A stretch of 64,000 bases of DNA from a virus (lineage: Duplodnaviria > Caudoviricetes): the IMG/VR virus record IMGVR_UViG_3300027833_000011, one strand, 5' to 3'. The notes beneath the pieces were generated by a model that saw nothing but the letters and a program-made list of their open reading frames with translations, was not told the DNA's origin and did no database searches. Of this stretch, positions 63,517 through 64,000 are shown piece after piece. Both the position numbers and the translations under genes were made by a program. How positions within the stretch are numbered: the first letter of the stretch is position 1; each line of letters opens with the position of its first letter.

Positions 63517-63793
63517 CGAATCGTTTACTTTTTATAGACTGATGATTTCAACTCCTATTGCTGAGGAAATTAAAGTGTGGAGGGTTGACGAGGAGAATTC
63601 TTTTCGTAAGGTACATGAAAGGTTTCAAAAAAAATACGTTAATAAATCTCAATGGTTCGTTAATACTGCGTTGTCTGGAATGAGTGATTCGTTTCCGTCA
63701 CCACATGGTAAACAAATGGATGGTGCGATGATATGTGAATTAGCGATGAATCGATTAGGTGAGAAAGAATCTGTAGATGATTGGAATAACTAA
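63494..63793 (+). CDS. Hypothetical protein
   Basis: 99-aa ORF overlapping the upstream gene. Confidence 0.55.
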   Translation: MKCIMDFNESFTFYRLMISTPIAEEIKVWRVDEENSFRKVHERFQKKYVNKSQWFVNTALSGMSDSFPSPHGKQMDGAMICELAMNRLGEKESVDDWNN

Positions 63794-64000
63794 AAGAAAT
63801 GAAGGTAATTAAGTTAATATTATTTATCATAACTGAAAGGTACAAAGAGTATAAAAAAAATAAGAGAAAATCGATTTGGGATTTATAGAAGTTTATATAA
63901 AAAGAAGTGGGTATGAAACAATTGGTTAAGTGGGCGATTGTTGAAAAAAGTAAATTTAAAAAATTCTTATAAAATATGGAGCATAAATTAAGTTATAGAG

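Noticed and set aside
1-64000. Giant eukaryotic virus (NCLDV) origin, suggested by collagens, the PLOD-like GT and GNA1
   Set aside because: Peptidoglycan amidases, GH73, sigma70, bacterial promoters and terminators, S74 chaperones and operon structure point to a bacteriophage.
1-64000. Bacterial chromosome, suggested by clpP, sigma, dnaJ, trxA and the metK-like gene
   Set aside because: These genes lack their usual operon neighbours (tig/clpX, dnaK/grpE) and are scattered among hypothetical and fibre genes; MetK is degenerate; there are no core metabolic or ribosomal operons.
1-64000. Stop-codon reassignment as seen in some large Bacteroidota phages
   Set aside because: Code 11 gives full-length, tightly packed ORFs, and TAG and TGA both end recognisable genes (e.g. 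24347, 25873).
1-64000. CRISPR array, tRNA or rRNA genes
   Set aside because: I saw no regularly spaced repeat-spacer units or tRNA T-arm/cloverleaf signatures by eye; all repeats lie inside coding regions. tRNAscan-SE would settle this.

Overview
This AT-rich, gene-dense 64-kb window in standard genetic code is best explained as part of a large (jumbo-type) tailed bacteriophage infecting Bacteroidota. No capsid, terminase or portal gene lies in the window, so the phage call is an inference. It rests on the lysis enzymes, a T4-like Mre11/Rad50 (gp47/gp46) pair, Dam, and a 23-kb fibre gene cluster containing S74 chaperone domains. The host call rests on at least nine TTG-N19-21-TAnnTTTG promoters and on Bacteroidota-type ClpP, sigma70, Hc1 and SusC-N-terminal-domain genes. 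The left and middle parts (1-34.3 kb) carry recombination and nuclease genes, amidases, ClpP, a sigma factor, two J-domain proteins, thioredoxin, glutaredoxin and many hypothetical genes. Region 34.4-57.5 kb holds five coiled-coil or beta-module fibre genes (up to 2273 aa) and three tandem ~950-aa Lys-rich collagen fibres, each with a peptidase-S74 chaperone. The best candidate for a new system is a phage-encoded, animal/Mimivirus-like collagen glycosylation pathway: a PLOD/LH3-type glycosyltransferase (26196-27602), a COLGALT-like GT25 (9250-9990) and a eukaryote-type GNA1 (3287-3718), alongside collagens rich in G-X-K triplets. Other highlights are a MetK (SAM synthetase) homologue that has lost its catalytic motifs, a second strand-specific promoter class (TATTTAT), an unlisted Hc1 histone-like ORF, an articulin/alveolin-like repeat protein, an LRR fusion and very acidic possible DNA mimics. 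All family assignments come from motif recognition by eye, not database searches.
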